Shown in pieces: positions 41,106 through 54,112 of a stretch of DNA of 64,000 nucleotides (the first letter of the stretch is position 1; every line of letters begins with the position of its first letter). Made by a program: the position numbers and the translations under genes. The stretch comes from Octopus bimaculoides (taxonomy: Eukaryota), in NCBI RefSeq assembly GCF_001194135.2, contig NC_068999.1:21009741-21073740 (forward strand), given 5' to 3'. The notes beneath the pieces were generated by a model that saw only the letters and a list, made by a program, of their open reading frames with translations, was not told the origin of the DNA and made no database searches.

Positions 41106-41270
41106 CGATGAATTCTTCGAATGCATTTCAAGATACCGCTGATGGATGTCTGATATCCTTTGCAGGAAGCATCGCAGATGCTTCAAATGTTAATAGACGG
41201 TCGCAGTGGACTGTCCTAAGCTAGGAAAGAGTTTCGTTGCCCTGGGCATTGAATATATCCAAGTTGTGTC
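41106..41270 (-). pseudogene. Degenerate exon (DTTWIYSMPRA...VY*HLKHLRCFLQRI...)
   Basis: 165 nt, phase 0-0, acceptor gattttacag|, weak donor. One TAA. Confidence 0.5.
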
Positions 41271-41712
41271 CTGTAAAATCAGTTGTTTCTATGGGGAAAC
41301 TTCACATTAAGGATTGGAGCGTACAATTTCTTGTTATTCAGAACGCCTCATGTGGAGAGGGAGATGAGCTGGATCAGCCACTCTGACCCACAAGGCTTGC
41401 ACTTGTGGATATCTCCAATTCGATGTATGTGTCTTGCAAACAATTCGCACATGCAAGTGCTACCAGTCGAGAACTCCACATGCCGGAAACCAGCAAGTGT
41501 ATGGGGTCATCAGGAGAGAATGCGTGACGTTTCGGTGCCTACCTCTCGACGGCATCAATGAGCACCGGCCCCACTCACTGATATGAGGCCCCGCTTGCTA
41601 GATCAACTGGTTATTAGAAACAAAGTTCAATATTTCTCTAGCCATCGCTCATGAAGCACATTTGGACGTCTTCGTAATAAAGGATCGGTGCTATTTGTTT
41701 TCGAATGGTTAC

Positions 41713-41910
41713 CTGTAGTTGTACAATTTGCAGTTCTTGGTCATCTTGTCGATTTCTTAGGAATATGTATCAGCAGTGATTTTTAACTTCGCTAGGATTG
41801 AACGATTAGTGCTTGTTGATTCCATTTTGTCATCATCAGATGAACATAATTTTGCTTCAATGCATCTTTGCCGCGGACACATGTCTCAGGGTTTCACATT
41901 CTTCCAGCCA
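41713..41910 (-). pseudogene. Degenerate exon (WLEECETL...YIFLRNRQDDQELQIVQLQ)
   Basis: 198 nt, phase 0-0, acceptor ttctgtgcag|, donor cag|gtaacc. Several stops. Confidence 0.45.
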
Positions 41911-42058
41911 CTGCACAGAATGACATCGCTTATCTCATAGAATCTACTTGCACGTGCGCGTGCGCGCGTGTTCGTGTGTATATCAATATTTCGTTTCAGT
42001 AAACACTATAAACTTAATCTAATCCTGAAATCTAATCCTTAATACAGCACTAACTTAC

Positions 42059-42241
42059 CTGGCAAAACCAGAGTCCAAATTCATTTTTTGTGACATGGCA
42101 ACCCCCAGAAATTTCCCACTTAAATGTGAACGACTTTTATATGAAACTACTGTGTTGCAATGTAAGCGCAAACAAAAGAAGATAGTCAAATCGACACACT
42201 TGGTTCGCTCTGAGGCTCTGGAGCGTCGGTCGTGGTACGTC
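42059..42241 (-). pseudogene. Degenerate exon (DVPRPTLQSL...SFI*KSF...NEFGLWFCQ)
   Basis: 183 nt, phase 0-0, consensus donor cag|gtaagt, single TAA (42137-42139). Confidence 0.55.
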
Positions 42242-42301
42242 CTATCATTAGTTCATCATTTAATTTATGTATGTGTGTATGCATTTATGTATGTATGTAT
42301 G

Positions 42302-42350
<49 letters not shown>

Positions 42351-42385
42351 GTCTGTCTATCTATCTATCAAATTGACGAACGATT

Positions 42386-42417
<32 letters not shown>

Positions 42418-42450
42418 CACATACATATACACAAATCACACACAACACAT

Positions 42451-42499
<49 letters not shown>

Positions 42500-42510
42500 N
42501 NNNNNNNNNT

Positions 42511-42557
<47 letters not shown>

Positions 42558-43101
42558 TATAACGTTGGATAAATTTTGTATTTTATTCGTTTGATTTACA
42601 CGCTTTTAACGCAAAAATTGTAATATGTTGGTATTGCTAAAGTTGTTTTCAAATGAAGACATATTTCAGATTCGTCAGATAAAAATACTACCTGGGTTTA
42701 TTAAAAATATATAGCGGATTGGGTATTGGAAAGTGTAGTCATGCTGTGTCATTTTTCATGAGGTTTTCCTTTTATTATAGTCGTTTGATGATAGACATGT
42801 TTCAATTTCATCTTTTGGAGGTTTGAAACCGGGAAAAATACAGACGACTTGAAAAAGAAATATTAAACACTATATCGATGATCAAAGTATATATAAAAGT
42901 AAATATAATAAAGTATGTATGTATTTATAATCGCTCCGCTTAATATATTTGTACCACTGGAACTATGTATATATATACGTATATAATATGAGTGCGTGTG
43001 TGTGTATGCGTACGTGTGCGTGTGTTATACATGCATGGGCACACACACATGCATATATAGAACTATATTTCTATATAAGCTTACATATATAAATATATAT
43101 G

Positions 43102-43138
<37 letters not shown>

Positions 43139-43314
43139 AAAACTATATGTGTGTGTGTGTGTGTGTANNNNNNNNNNATGTGTGTGTGTGTGTGTGTACG
43201 TCCGTACATATATATATATATATATACACGTATATATATATGTTTGTATATATCTATATGTATGTATGCATGTATGTATGTTGGTAGATAGATAGGTAGA
43301 TCAATCGATTGATC

Positions 43315-43401
<87 letters not shown>

Positions 43402-44121
43402 GCATATATGTGCGTGTTGATGTGTTGTCTGCTTCCAGATTTCTACTTCTTTTCGATACTTTGAAAAACTGGCCGTAACCTGTNNNNNNNNNNNNNNNNN
43501 NNNNNNNNNNNNNNNNNNNNNNNNNNNNNNNNNNNNNNNNNNNNNNNNNNNNNNNNNNNNNNNNNNNNNNNNNNNNNNNNNNNNNNNNNNNNNNNNNNNN
43601 NNNNNNNNNNNNNNNNNNNNNNNNNNNNNNNNNNNNNNNNNNNNNNNNNNNNNNNNNNNNNNNNNNNNNNNNNNNNNNNNNNNNNNNNNNNNNNNNNNNN
43701 NNNNNNNNNNNNNNNNNNNNNNNNNNNNNNNNNNNNNNNNNNNNNNNNNNNATATATATATATATATATATATATATACATGGCTTCTAGCTGATTATAT
43801 TTTGTATGGTCAGATTACCACACGGAAGTAATTTCGTTAATGAACGGTAATAATTCATTCTTTTATAGACTCCGGTATATGTGCGTCATGTTGTCGTCGG
43901 TCTGTAGGATTTGTCAGTTTGGCATCAACAGTAAACATTCATCGATATTTATTATATTTATTGGCTGGATCATATTAAGTACCAAGGATAGTAAACCGAC
44001 GAGGAAATAGATTTTCTATAGACAAACAAGGATTATATACACTTCATACGCGTATGGCTAAACTAGAATTCCAGATTATCAGTTTCATTCCTGATGAAGA
44101 AATATAACAACCTTCTATTTT

Positions 44122-45346
44122 CTTTTCCACACTGACAAGGTACTTCTTCAGTGTTTTTTCCGTTTAATTTTTTTTTTTTTTTGTACCAGTTTTCGTACTT
44201 TTGGTATCAAAAGTTTTCACGCTGATATTGAGCCCCCTTTTTTTTATCTAGTATTGATTCTTTTCTTATTTAACAACCAAAGCACGTCACTGAGCATGTG
44301 TTTTTGTTTTTCTTTGATAAAAGCCTTTATTATGTAAATCGTAGGCATAAAGTTTGACGAATCCCGTCGTAAAATGCGCATTTTGTTTCTATGTATATCT
44401 GAGCATGAAGTGTGATCGTGTGTGTGCTTGTGTGTCCCAATGTGTTTGTGTGTGCGTATCTGAATGTTCTACGCCATATATTTGGCTCTATCCATATTTT
44501 AGGTATATATATTCTTTGCTAAATTATTTGTAATATTGATTACAAATCTTCACTCAACGCCAGCAATTTCGAAAAAGGGAGCAAAACAGTTACACGAACC
44601 CGGTCCTTAAATGGTACTTATTTTATCGACCCTAAAAGGATGAAAGGCAAAGTCGACCTCTGCGTAATTTAAATTGAGAATGTACACATGGAGAAATGAT
44701 GCTTAGCATCTGACCCAGCGTGCTAACGACTCTGCGAACTCGCCCCCTGAAATTATACAGAAATATTACTTTCAAATTTCGGCGCAAGGCCAGCAATTTC
44801 GGCCGATTATAGCGATCCCGGTACTCAACTGGTAGTTATTTTATCGACAACAAAAGAGGCCTCGGCTGAATTTGAACTCAGCCCCAGCTGAATTTGAAGT
44901 CAGAACGTAAGGACAGACGAAATACTGCTAATCAACGTGCATGGCGTACTAACGATTCTACCAGCTCACCGCCTCAGAAATGATTTGTAATATTAACACA
45001 AAATCGACCCATGTCTGTCTAATGCTTCTTTCATTTATCGCCCTTTTTTCTTGAACACTGTTCGTTTTATCATTGATAAAAAGTTTTGTATATTAACACG
45101 ATTATTTTCCACGACAAAAGATTTAACCATATATTTCACATCGAGACCATGCTTATCCAGTGTGTATTCTTTTCTTTTCTAAATTAAATTTGTAGACATA
45201 ACTATCTTTTACTACTTTCTTTTCCACACTGACAAGGTATTTTTTCAGTGTTTATCCGCTTTTTGATAACAAGTTTCGGACTTTAGTGAAAGTTTTCATG
45301 CAGATATTGAACCACTTTTGATCTAGTATTCGTTCTTTTCTTATTT
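44122..45346 (+). repeat. Diverged ~140-bp direct repeat pair (44122-44271 and 45219-45346)
   Basis: Both begin cttttccacactgacaaggta and end tctagtatt..ttcttttcttattt. Confidence 0.8.
44538..44974 (-). mobile_element. Two head-to-tail SINE family A copies
   Basis: Reverse-complement copies at ~44538-44746 and ~44768-44974. Confidence 0.85.
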
Positions 45347-45530
45347 TCAGTTTTATCTTTATTATTTTATTCTATTTTTGCTAAACTACTATTCTAGACA
45401 ACCATTGCCCACGTATTTCAAGGTGGTGACTTTTTGTCCATCTCTGCATTTCTTGGTACGTGAAGCGCCATGTTTTAAAAAGAATGCTCGACTACAAAAT
45501 TTTCGAGTGATTCAAATCTCTGTGTAATCT

Positions 45531-46159
45531 AAGACGGCGAGCTGGCAGAATCGATCGCAGGCCGAGCAAAATGTGCAACCGTATTTACGTTCTGAGTTCA
45601 AATTCTGCAGAGGTCGACTTCACTTTTCATCCTTTCGGCATGGATCACATAAGTACCAGTTGAATCGACGTAATCCCTTCCAGAACTTGCCAGCCTTGTG
45701 ACAAAGTTTGAAATTAATATTTGCAAGCAATTTAAGGTGGCGAGCTGGCAGAATCGTTAGAACGCTGGGCAATATGCGTAACAGTATCTAGTTCGTCTTT
45801 ACATCCTGTGTTCGAATTCCGCTGAGGTCGACTTAGCTTTTCATCCTTTCGGGTGCGATGAAATAAGTACCAGATGAGTACAGAGATCGATGTAATCACC
45901 TAACTTCCTCCTCTGAAACTGCTAGACATGTGCCAAAATTTGATGCCAATATTTCTGTGTAATCAATTTGGTGAGCCGGTATAATCGTTAACACACTGAG
46001 CAATTCGATTAACAGCTTTCTATCTATTAGGTTTTGAGTTCAAATGCGGTCGGGGTCAATTCTGCCTTTCATCCTTCGGGTTCGGTAAAATAAGTATTAG
46101 TTGAGCACTGGAGTCTTTGTAATCGACTTATCCGACCCCCAAATTGCTGGCTTCGTGCC
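45531..46159 (+). mobile_element. Three head-to-tail SINE family A copies
   Basis: Copies at ~45531-45716, ~45734-45947 and ~45965-46159. Confidence 0.85.
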
Positions 46160-47022
46160 AATATTTCTGTCTAATGATATTTCTTAAACGTTTTAATGCT
46201 AAATGCTTCATACCACCGTATGATCGTTCCGTTGACATGGGATTTCAACTGAAGACGCTCTACTCTCGAATAGACCTAATTTTTGCATTACCCCTCGTCA
46301 AATAACAATTTTGAACATGGAAGATAACAGCGCCCTGTTTATATCACGTAGAGTTGATATGTGAAATATGTTGAATGCCCAAATACCGACAATACTCAAT
46401 ATATAAAACTACGAAGGTTGTTCCTCATAAGGCCTTCCCTTGTAAATTGTTTATTTATGTGTTGGAAAATGAAATTAATGTTTTTCTCTAATTATATGCG
46501 TCTATTCCAAAGAAGAAAAAAATCTGAGTTCCAAGTGGTACATGCATAGAGAATTAACATGATCCTTGGCCAAGAAATTTTCCAACAATTGATTTCAAGT
46601 CGTTTGTTTTAACAACAAACACACATAGACACAAATGAACACATGCTCAAATGTACATAGACACATACAAACATATGCACACACACATACACACGCCCAC
46701 ACACACACATGCACATACACAAACACACATACACATACATATTTAAGTATGCATGTGTGTGTATGTATGCGTGTGGATTTGTGCCTGCCTATACGTACGG
46801 ATGTAGGTATTTATCTGTGTTCGTGTGCTTTTACATATATGTACGTATAATTGCGTACACGCAAACGTTCATGTGCATATGTGTTTATATAAGAATTATT
46901 TAATTTATATGCACATATATTAATATATATATACACATAGTTATATACATGCATATAACCCACACATACATACACCCATACATATACACACGCATACATA
47001 CATACACACATGCATACATACA

Positions 47023-47053
<31 letters not shown>

Positions 47054-47977
47054 GTATGTATGTATATATGCGTTACATTTGAAAACCGTACCTGATTCGC
47101 AGTCATCTGCTAATGTGAATTTTTTTTTTTTGTTTATCGAAATCCGTACAACTATAAATGGATGCTATGTTCATATTGGTTGTTGACAGAAGAACATTAA
47201 ATTTTGTAATTATTGACAAAATTACACTGTACAGAGATAAACATCACTTAATTAGCATATACTGTTCCCTGTACAAAATTATATTTCTCTCTTACTTTTC
47301 TGTATTCTTCCGATTGCACGCCAAAGTTTATGCAGCTCACGTTTCCAATCAAACTTCTGCATGCTCAGAAATAATTTATAAAAAATGATACATGTAAACT
47401 TTCAATGTTCAGCTTTCCATTTCAACTTGTAGTGACACAGAGGTTTGATAAATATTATGGTTCAATAATCAGTGCTTTCTAAGATATAAATAATATGTCA
47501 GACTATTTTTCTATGAAAATATATTGCATTAAAGTAATGCATTTAAGATTTCAAATATAAGCTAACACAAAAATAGTCTTAGCCATATGATTAAAAGTGG
47601 TGTTTTGCTACCACATTTTCCCTGGTTCGATTCTAGAGCCCGTTACTTTTTGTGCGTGACTTTAATTATATCTTTAATTATATCATCGTGTGTGGAGAAT
47701 GTGTTCAATAGGAAGACGGAAACTGTACGGCAGTCCTTCATAATATGTTTATATATAAAAGTAGGAATTCTTTCGAGGTGAAGAAGATCGCTTTGCATGC
47801 ACGCAGGTTCGGGTTCAGTCCCACCGCAGGGCACTTTAAATAAATGTATTTTAATATAGCCCCGAGGTAAACAATGTCTTCCAGGAACAGAGACGAAATA
47901 AGATGAAGACACTGGGATTGAATCGGACAGATATGTGAGAGAATTTTGGTTGACAGAATCTGTAAGGACGTTCGTTC

Positions 47978-48016
<39 letters not shown>

Positions 48017-48063
48017 GAGGTAGTTTTGGTGAAGCACTGTAAGGTACAACTTTAAAGAAAGTC

Positions 48064-48500
48064 TTTCTATGAGGCCCGAACAATGGAAGGTGGTACAAAC
48101 TAAACTACGATAGGAAGAGGAATCAGAACAAAGTTGCAGTTTTACCTTGTATTACTATATTTCCGGGTGTAAAGCCGGAACAACGGACTTCCATACAGTT
48201 TCTGTCTACCAAAATTACGTCATAAAGCTTTAATGTGCAATGAGGCACAGAAAGTCCGCAACATGATCCCTCCAGCCAGCCCTGTTTTCTAACACTGTTC
48301 TGGTGTCATTCGCGCTTCCGCCCTTCTCGTCTTCTTCCTTTGGCAATGGTCCTTCGATAGCTGGTTTTAGGGTGCCCTGGTGCTCTTTTGCCCTCAGGCT
48401 CCCAAAATATAGAAATACAAGTTAAAACTACAACGTTTTTCTGCTTTCTTTCATTTGTAGCTTATTTTGTAGCTTCTCGCATTGTTCCAGCCTTACAGAA
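48064..48500. mobile_element. MITE-like element with ~100-bp imperfect terminal inverted repeats (copy 1)
   Basis: Arms 48064-48167 and 48401-48500 are reverse-complementary; the body is homologous to 50014-50428. Confidence 0.65.
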
Positions 48501-50013
48501 TAACCTTCTTTAAATATATACATATATGTGTGTGTGTGTATATGTGCGTGCGTCTGTGTATGAATGTGATGCGTATGTCTGTTGGTATATCTTTGTGTTT
48601 GTACCACAACCGTTGTTGTTTTGTTTACCTCTCCCTAATACAGTGAGTCAGCAACAAAATGTACCATACTTAAAAATAAGTACTGCAGTCGACGTGTTCG
48701 AATAAACCTTGCATGACAGTGCCCCAGCATGGCCACAATCCAATGACTGAAACAAGTAATACATGAATGATATGTATGTACCTTAGTGTGAATATATATC
48801 CAAGTCGTAAATCACAATTTACATCTAAGTAGCTAAAACTTTGTGTTCAGGAACAATTTTCGGAGCAGAAGGTCATAGGCTGTGTAAATGCAACTCACAC
48901 TTTCCGAGAAAAGATATTTGCTTTAATTAAAAACTTAATTAAAAAATAATGTAGAATACATATCTACTATTGAAGAAAAAAATTGTAATTAAGAAGATAT
49001 ATATTTTTTCAATAAAGAAAAATTAATTAAATGTGAATAATATATTTCAAATATTAACGAATGCCAGTTTGTTTTTATTGTTTTTATTCTCATTAAGTTC
49101 AACATTAGCCACCTTCTGCACCGCTTCTCTGAGTAAATTTTGAGTGAATTTTGAGCCACTCCCAATTTTCCATGATAGGTTAGGTCCCGGAATCCTCCAA
49201 ACGGTCGTATTACATGTCGTATCGTCGAATTAGACCCTCCTTTACTCCACAAATAGTTTGTCGTCAATGCTGCACTTTTCCATATCACATTTTGCAATAT
49301 AACTCTAATATATATATATATATATATATATANNNNNNNNNNNNNNNNNNNNNNNNNNNNNNNNNNNNNNNNNNNNNNNNNNNNNNNNNNNNNNNNNNNN
49401 NNNNNNNNNNNNNNNNNNNNNNNNNNNNNNNNNNNNNNNNNNNNNNNNNNNNNNNNNNNNNNNNNNNNNNNNNNNNNNNNNNNNNNNNNNNNNNNNNNNN
49501 NNNNNNNNNNNNNNNNNNNNNNNNNNNNNNNNNNNNNNNNNNNNNNNNNNNNNNNNNNNNNNNNNNNNNNNNNNNNNNNNNNNNNNNNNNNNNNNNNNNN
49601 NNNNNNNNNNNNNNNNNNNNNNNNNNNNNNNNNNNNNNNNNNNNNNNNNNNNNNNNNNNNNNNNNNNNNNNNNNNNNNNNNNNNNNNNNNNNNNNNNNNN
49701 NNNNNNNNNNNNNNNNNNNNNNNNNNNNNNNNNNNNNNNNNNNNNNNNNNNNNNNNNNNNNNNNNNNNNNNNNNNNNNNNNNNNNNNNNNNNNNNNNNNN
49801 NNNNNNNNNNNNNNNNNNNNNTATATATATTCGATGGGAAGCGGAAAGTTTAAAGCAGTAGTTACCTGCTGGGAGCGATGGAAAGACCGGGAGAAGATGT
49901 TCAATAAAAAATTAGGGCGATAATGGGATGGTCAAAAGGGGGCAATGGATGTAAAAACAAAATAATGGGTTAAGTTTATTTGTGAAAGCTTAAGTTATGA
50001 AGTAAATTGCAAA

Positions 50014-50428
50014 AGGAAAAGGAAACAGAACAAAGTCGCAGTTTTAACTTGCATTTCTATATCTCCGGGTGTACGGCTGGATCAATGGACTTCCATACAG
50101 TTTCTGACTACCAAAATTCCCTCAAAAACCTTTAGTCAGTCTGGGCAATTGTGAGTTAATTCTCTCCATGCCATGAGGCACAGATGGCCCGCAACATGAT
50201 CCCTCCAACAACCTCTGTTTTTATCAATGTTCTGGTCTCGTTCAAGCTTCTCCGTCCTTCTCCTTTTCTTTCCTTGTCAATGATCCTTCGCTGTGTTGTT
50301 TTAGGGTGCCCTGCTGATCCTCACCCCGGGCTCCCGAAATATAGAAATACAAGTTAAAACTGCAGCTTTGTTCTTTCTTTTCTTTTTCTAGTTTACTTTC
50401 TATCTTTACGTATCGTTCTGGCCTTAAC
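50014..50428. mobile_element. Same MITE-like element (copy 2)
   Basis: Inverted arm cores 50027-50069 and 50333-50374; direct homology to copy 1. Confidence 0.65.
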
Positions 50429-50458
50429 AATGTGAACAACAATCGAAATAATCTGATA

Positions 50459-50558
<100 letters not shown>

Positions 50559-50814
50559 TGTGTGTGTGTGTAGCTTAAGTTTACTCGTGAATTACAATTG
50601 TTTTTAGTTTGGCTACAGAACGCGGTATATGTTTATGGTGGTGAATAGTGTTGGGTGGTTGACGTTAGGAATGTGACCTGGATGCTAAGGAGGTGGGGCA
50701 TCCCGAAAACGTTTGGGAATCACTGATTTAGAGAATCGATTGAAAGTAATTTATTCAAAAGTTAGTGAATTAGTGTGCGTTAATGTAATTTTGATATTAA
50801 TATACTTTTCTTAT

Positions 50815-51015
50815 TTTGGCATAAGGCCAATAAATTTGAGTTGTGGAGAGGTTGATTACATCACCTCAGAGCTCAACTGGAACTTATTTTATCCAATACG
50901 ACGGGCTGAATGACAAAGTCGACCATGGCATAATTTGAAGTCAGAACATAAAGACAGATGAAAATGCTGCTAAGCATTCTATCCGGCGTGCTACCCATTC
51001 TACAAGATTGCCCCT
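50815..51015 (-). mobile_element. SINE family A, degenerate
   Basis: Reverse-complement similarity to family A. Confidence 0.75.
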
Positions 51016-51087
51016 TTAATTCTGGTATTAATAGAACGCACCCCATCCACACACACGCGCGCAAACATACATACATACATATGCAGA

Positions 51088-51363
51088 AATAAGACAATGA
51101 CATATGTAGACGAAACAGCAAGGAGCATAGGGGAGCGGGCAAACGAACATTGGAGGGAACTTAAGGAAGGGAAGAACTAATCAGTTCTGTACCAGCACGC
51201 TGAGCAAGAACATAGAGGCTCAATCAACAACATAGAAATTAAAATCTTATCTACACATAGCAGTGATGCAACACTTAGACAAATTACTGAAGCTACACAC
51301 ATAATAGAAGAGAAACCTAGCCTGAATAGGAAACTAGAATGGAACACTAACACACACCACTAA
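51088..51363 (+). mobile_element. Penelope-like element, GIY-YIG endonuclease C-terminal fragment
   Basis: TYVDETARSIGERANEH...*SVLYQHAEQEH...ILSTHSSDATLRQITEATHIIEEKPSLNRKLEW; a single in-frame stop. Confidence 0.8.
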
Positions 51364-51884
51364 CAAACCACAAACCACAGCATGTGACAACATGTTACCC
51401 ATAAACCAATAATAATATGAACAAAGTATAATACAATACATAGATAAACAAATGGAATTAAATATTACATACGTTAACAANNNNNNNNNNNNNNNNNNNN
51501 NNNNNNNNNNNNNNNNNNNNNNNNNNNNNNNNNNNNNNNNNNNNNNNNNNNNNNNNNNNNNNNNNNNNNNNNNNNNNNNNNNNNNNNNNNNNNNNNNNNN
51601 NNNNNNNNNNNNNNNNNNNNNNNNNNNNNNNNNNNNNNNNNNNNNNNNNNNNNNNNNNNNNNNNNNNNNNNNNNNNNNNNNNNNNNNNNNNNNNNNNNNN
51701 NNNNNNNNNNNNNNNNNNNNNNNNNNNNNNNNNNNNNNNNNNNNNNNNNNNNNNNNNNNNNNNNNNNNNNNNNNNNNNNNNNNNNNNNNNNNNNNNNNNN
51801 NNNNNNNNNNNNNNNNNNNNNNNNNNNNNNNNNNNNNNNNNNNNNNNNNNNNNNNNNNNNNNNNNNNNNNNNNNNNATATATAT

Positions 51885-51934
<50 letters not shown>

Positions 51935-52342
51935 TATGAGTATATGCGTGTATACCTGTGTCTGTAAGTGTAATTTAGCTAACATGATCACTGTCTTGTT
52001 TTATTGGAGGGGGTTTGCAATGCTTCATACCGCAGTTATATAAACATTAAAAGCACTCTATAAAACCAAAGCTATAACGTTATATAACCATATGAGAGTA
52101 ATAGTTCAATCAAGCCTCTTTCCTCTTCTATCACACTTTCAACACGAAGCTCTAGAATCACGAATAATATTCAAGAGTTCAGCTTCAATAAAGTCATTTA
52201 TTTATCCAAAAGTATCTCTTCTTTTAGGGTTTCCGTTCTGTTTGTGATTTTGTCAATAGAAACATTTTGCAATCAATCTTGCAACACATCGTTGTCTAAT
52301 TCGCACGTCATAGTGAAATTAAGGAGACACTTGCATCTCTAC

Positions 52343-52401
<59 letters not shown>

Positions 52402-52402
52402 A

Positions 52403-52435
<33 letters not shown>

Positions 52436-52727
52436 CTTCGGTTTTCTTTGGAAAACCGAAAAGTCTACAATGAAGTAAGCTTCGCATATTAGAAGTATCC
52501 TTTTGTTTCTTTTTTTTTGCCTTTTACTAGCTTCAATACTATTAATTAGTACCGCGATTAAACCGGTGCGCCCCATGCAATCGAGGGCTGTTATCGATTA
52601 TTTCGACCCCAGTACTTGTTTAATCGACCCATGTGTAACAAACGGCTAAATTAACCTTTATAGATTTTCTGATGGGAAGCAACACAACTCGATGCTCCGG
52701 TTTCAAACAGTATAGGCAAACACACAC

Positions 52728-52914
52728 GCATAACATTTCTATTCGTTTCATGAGCAAGTTTCTCCTGCGAAATAGCGATCTAGCTGTCATCATTGTTTTG
52801 TAACACTGGATGACTGGATATTGCATTACATTCTACTGGATGCTTCTCATCTCGTGTACATGCAAATAGACGCTTGCAGAGGTTTTGCTTGTCAAATGTC
52901 ACATGTAAGCTATA
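52728..52914 (-). pseudogene. Degenerate exon (YSLHVTFDKQNLCKRLFACTRDEKHPVECNAISSHPV...)
   Basis: Acceptor attttctag|. The CxR-[LF]...C...HP pattern resembles TRANK1 VCMRF...NCEHFHRP. One TAG; donor position uncertain. Confidence 0.5.
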
Positions 52915-53868
52915 CTAGAAAATATTTACTCAATGAAGTATAACAGTGTAAACGAACCCAGATCTAAACTATATGGCTCGAAAGTGCAGACCTTAACGAC
53001 ACAGCCATACTGTATTTTGCTGCCTGTCTAGTTAAGCACATTTTAGTTTTTGAACCCAAAGAGTATTCCTTTATTGTTTAACCTCAGAATAACTCCGATG
53101 GGTGCAGACCTAAAATCAAAGGTATTTGAACCTTGAACGACTCCTTTGTTCCTGACTAAAATATAGTGTATCCAAAACTACATTAATGAATATATCCTTA
53201 ACCTTTATTGATATGATATGATTTGAGAAAGATATGGCTGCTATTTCTAGCAGTTCATATGACTGCATAGAGTTTCCGGTGTTGACCCGTGGGAAGAGTT
53301 CTGTAAACTTCATGTTTACATTTCTGGTAACACTGCAGCACCGCCAATTATATAGTTTTACACTGATTTCAATATTAACTATCGAAGTAGTTATGTGCGT
53401 ATATACATATTTATACATACATACATAGTGAATAATGAATGTTAACATGTTGATACAATTGCAAAATGGAACTTCGAGTTGAGAAATGAAGTCAAATATA
53501 ACGATGATGTATTCACGAACCGTCACACATACGCATAATCAAAATTGAGTACTTTTGTATTGATGGAAGATTTACAAGAATTCTTGCATTGATACAAGAC
53601 AATCAGAATTATCGTTGGTTTCTGTGGTACTACTCAGCGTTTAGTAAACTTCAGCTACTTTCTGTTTTCATGTACTAAATGAGTTAGGTTCTATTACACT
53701 TTAGCAAATAACCAGGTAGGATAACAAAGTAAGATTTTGTTTTCTGCATTTGATATCACCTTCATTCTCTTTTATTCATTTATTTCTTTACTCTATGACT
53801 TTTCTCTGCAGCTCATAGTTAGTGTTGACTTCCCTGTTCTATATAAGGGAAGCTAACTGATGACTTAC

Positions 53869-54112
53869 TAGTCGGTATCGATATGATCAATACATCAATC
53901 TTTCAATTGCCAAATATATCTGGATAAAACGTCGTCTCTGTTCCTCATTCTTGAAGTGGATTTATCTCTGAGAAACGACATCATTTTTATGAAAATATGT
54001 TTTTCTATGCTATGCCCCTGAAATGATTCAGCAAATTTGAAATCTTTCTTATATCTAATTTCCAGCAACATTCGGTCAGAATCGCTCGCCGATAAACTCA
54101 TCATTTTTACAC
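53869..54112 (-). pseudogene. Degenerate exon (MMSLSASDSDRMLLEIRYKKDF...RYIWQLKD*CIDHIDTD)
   Basis: Acceptor ttttgag|, donor cta|gtaagt. 80 codons with one TGA (53895-53897). Confidence 0.5.

Noticed and set aside
42053-42064. acttacctggca, matching the U1 snRNA 5' end
   Set aside because: The match stops after 12 nt. It is simply the reverse complement of a consensus 5' splice site (tgccag|gtaagt), used here as exon evidence.
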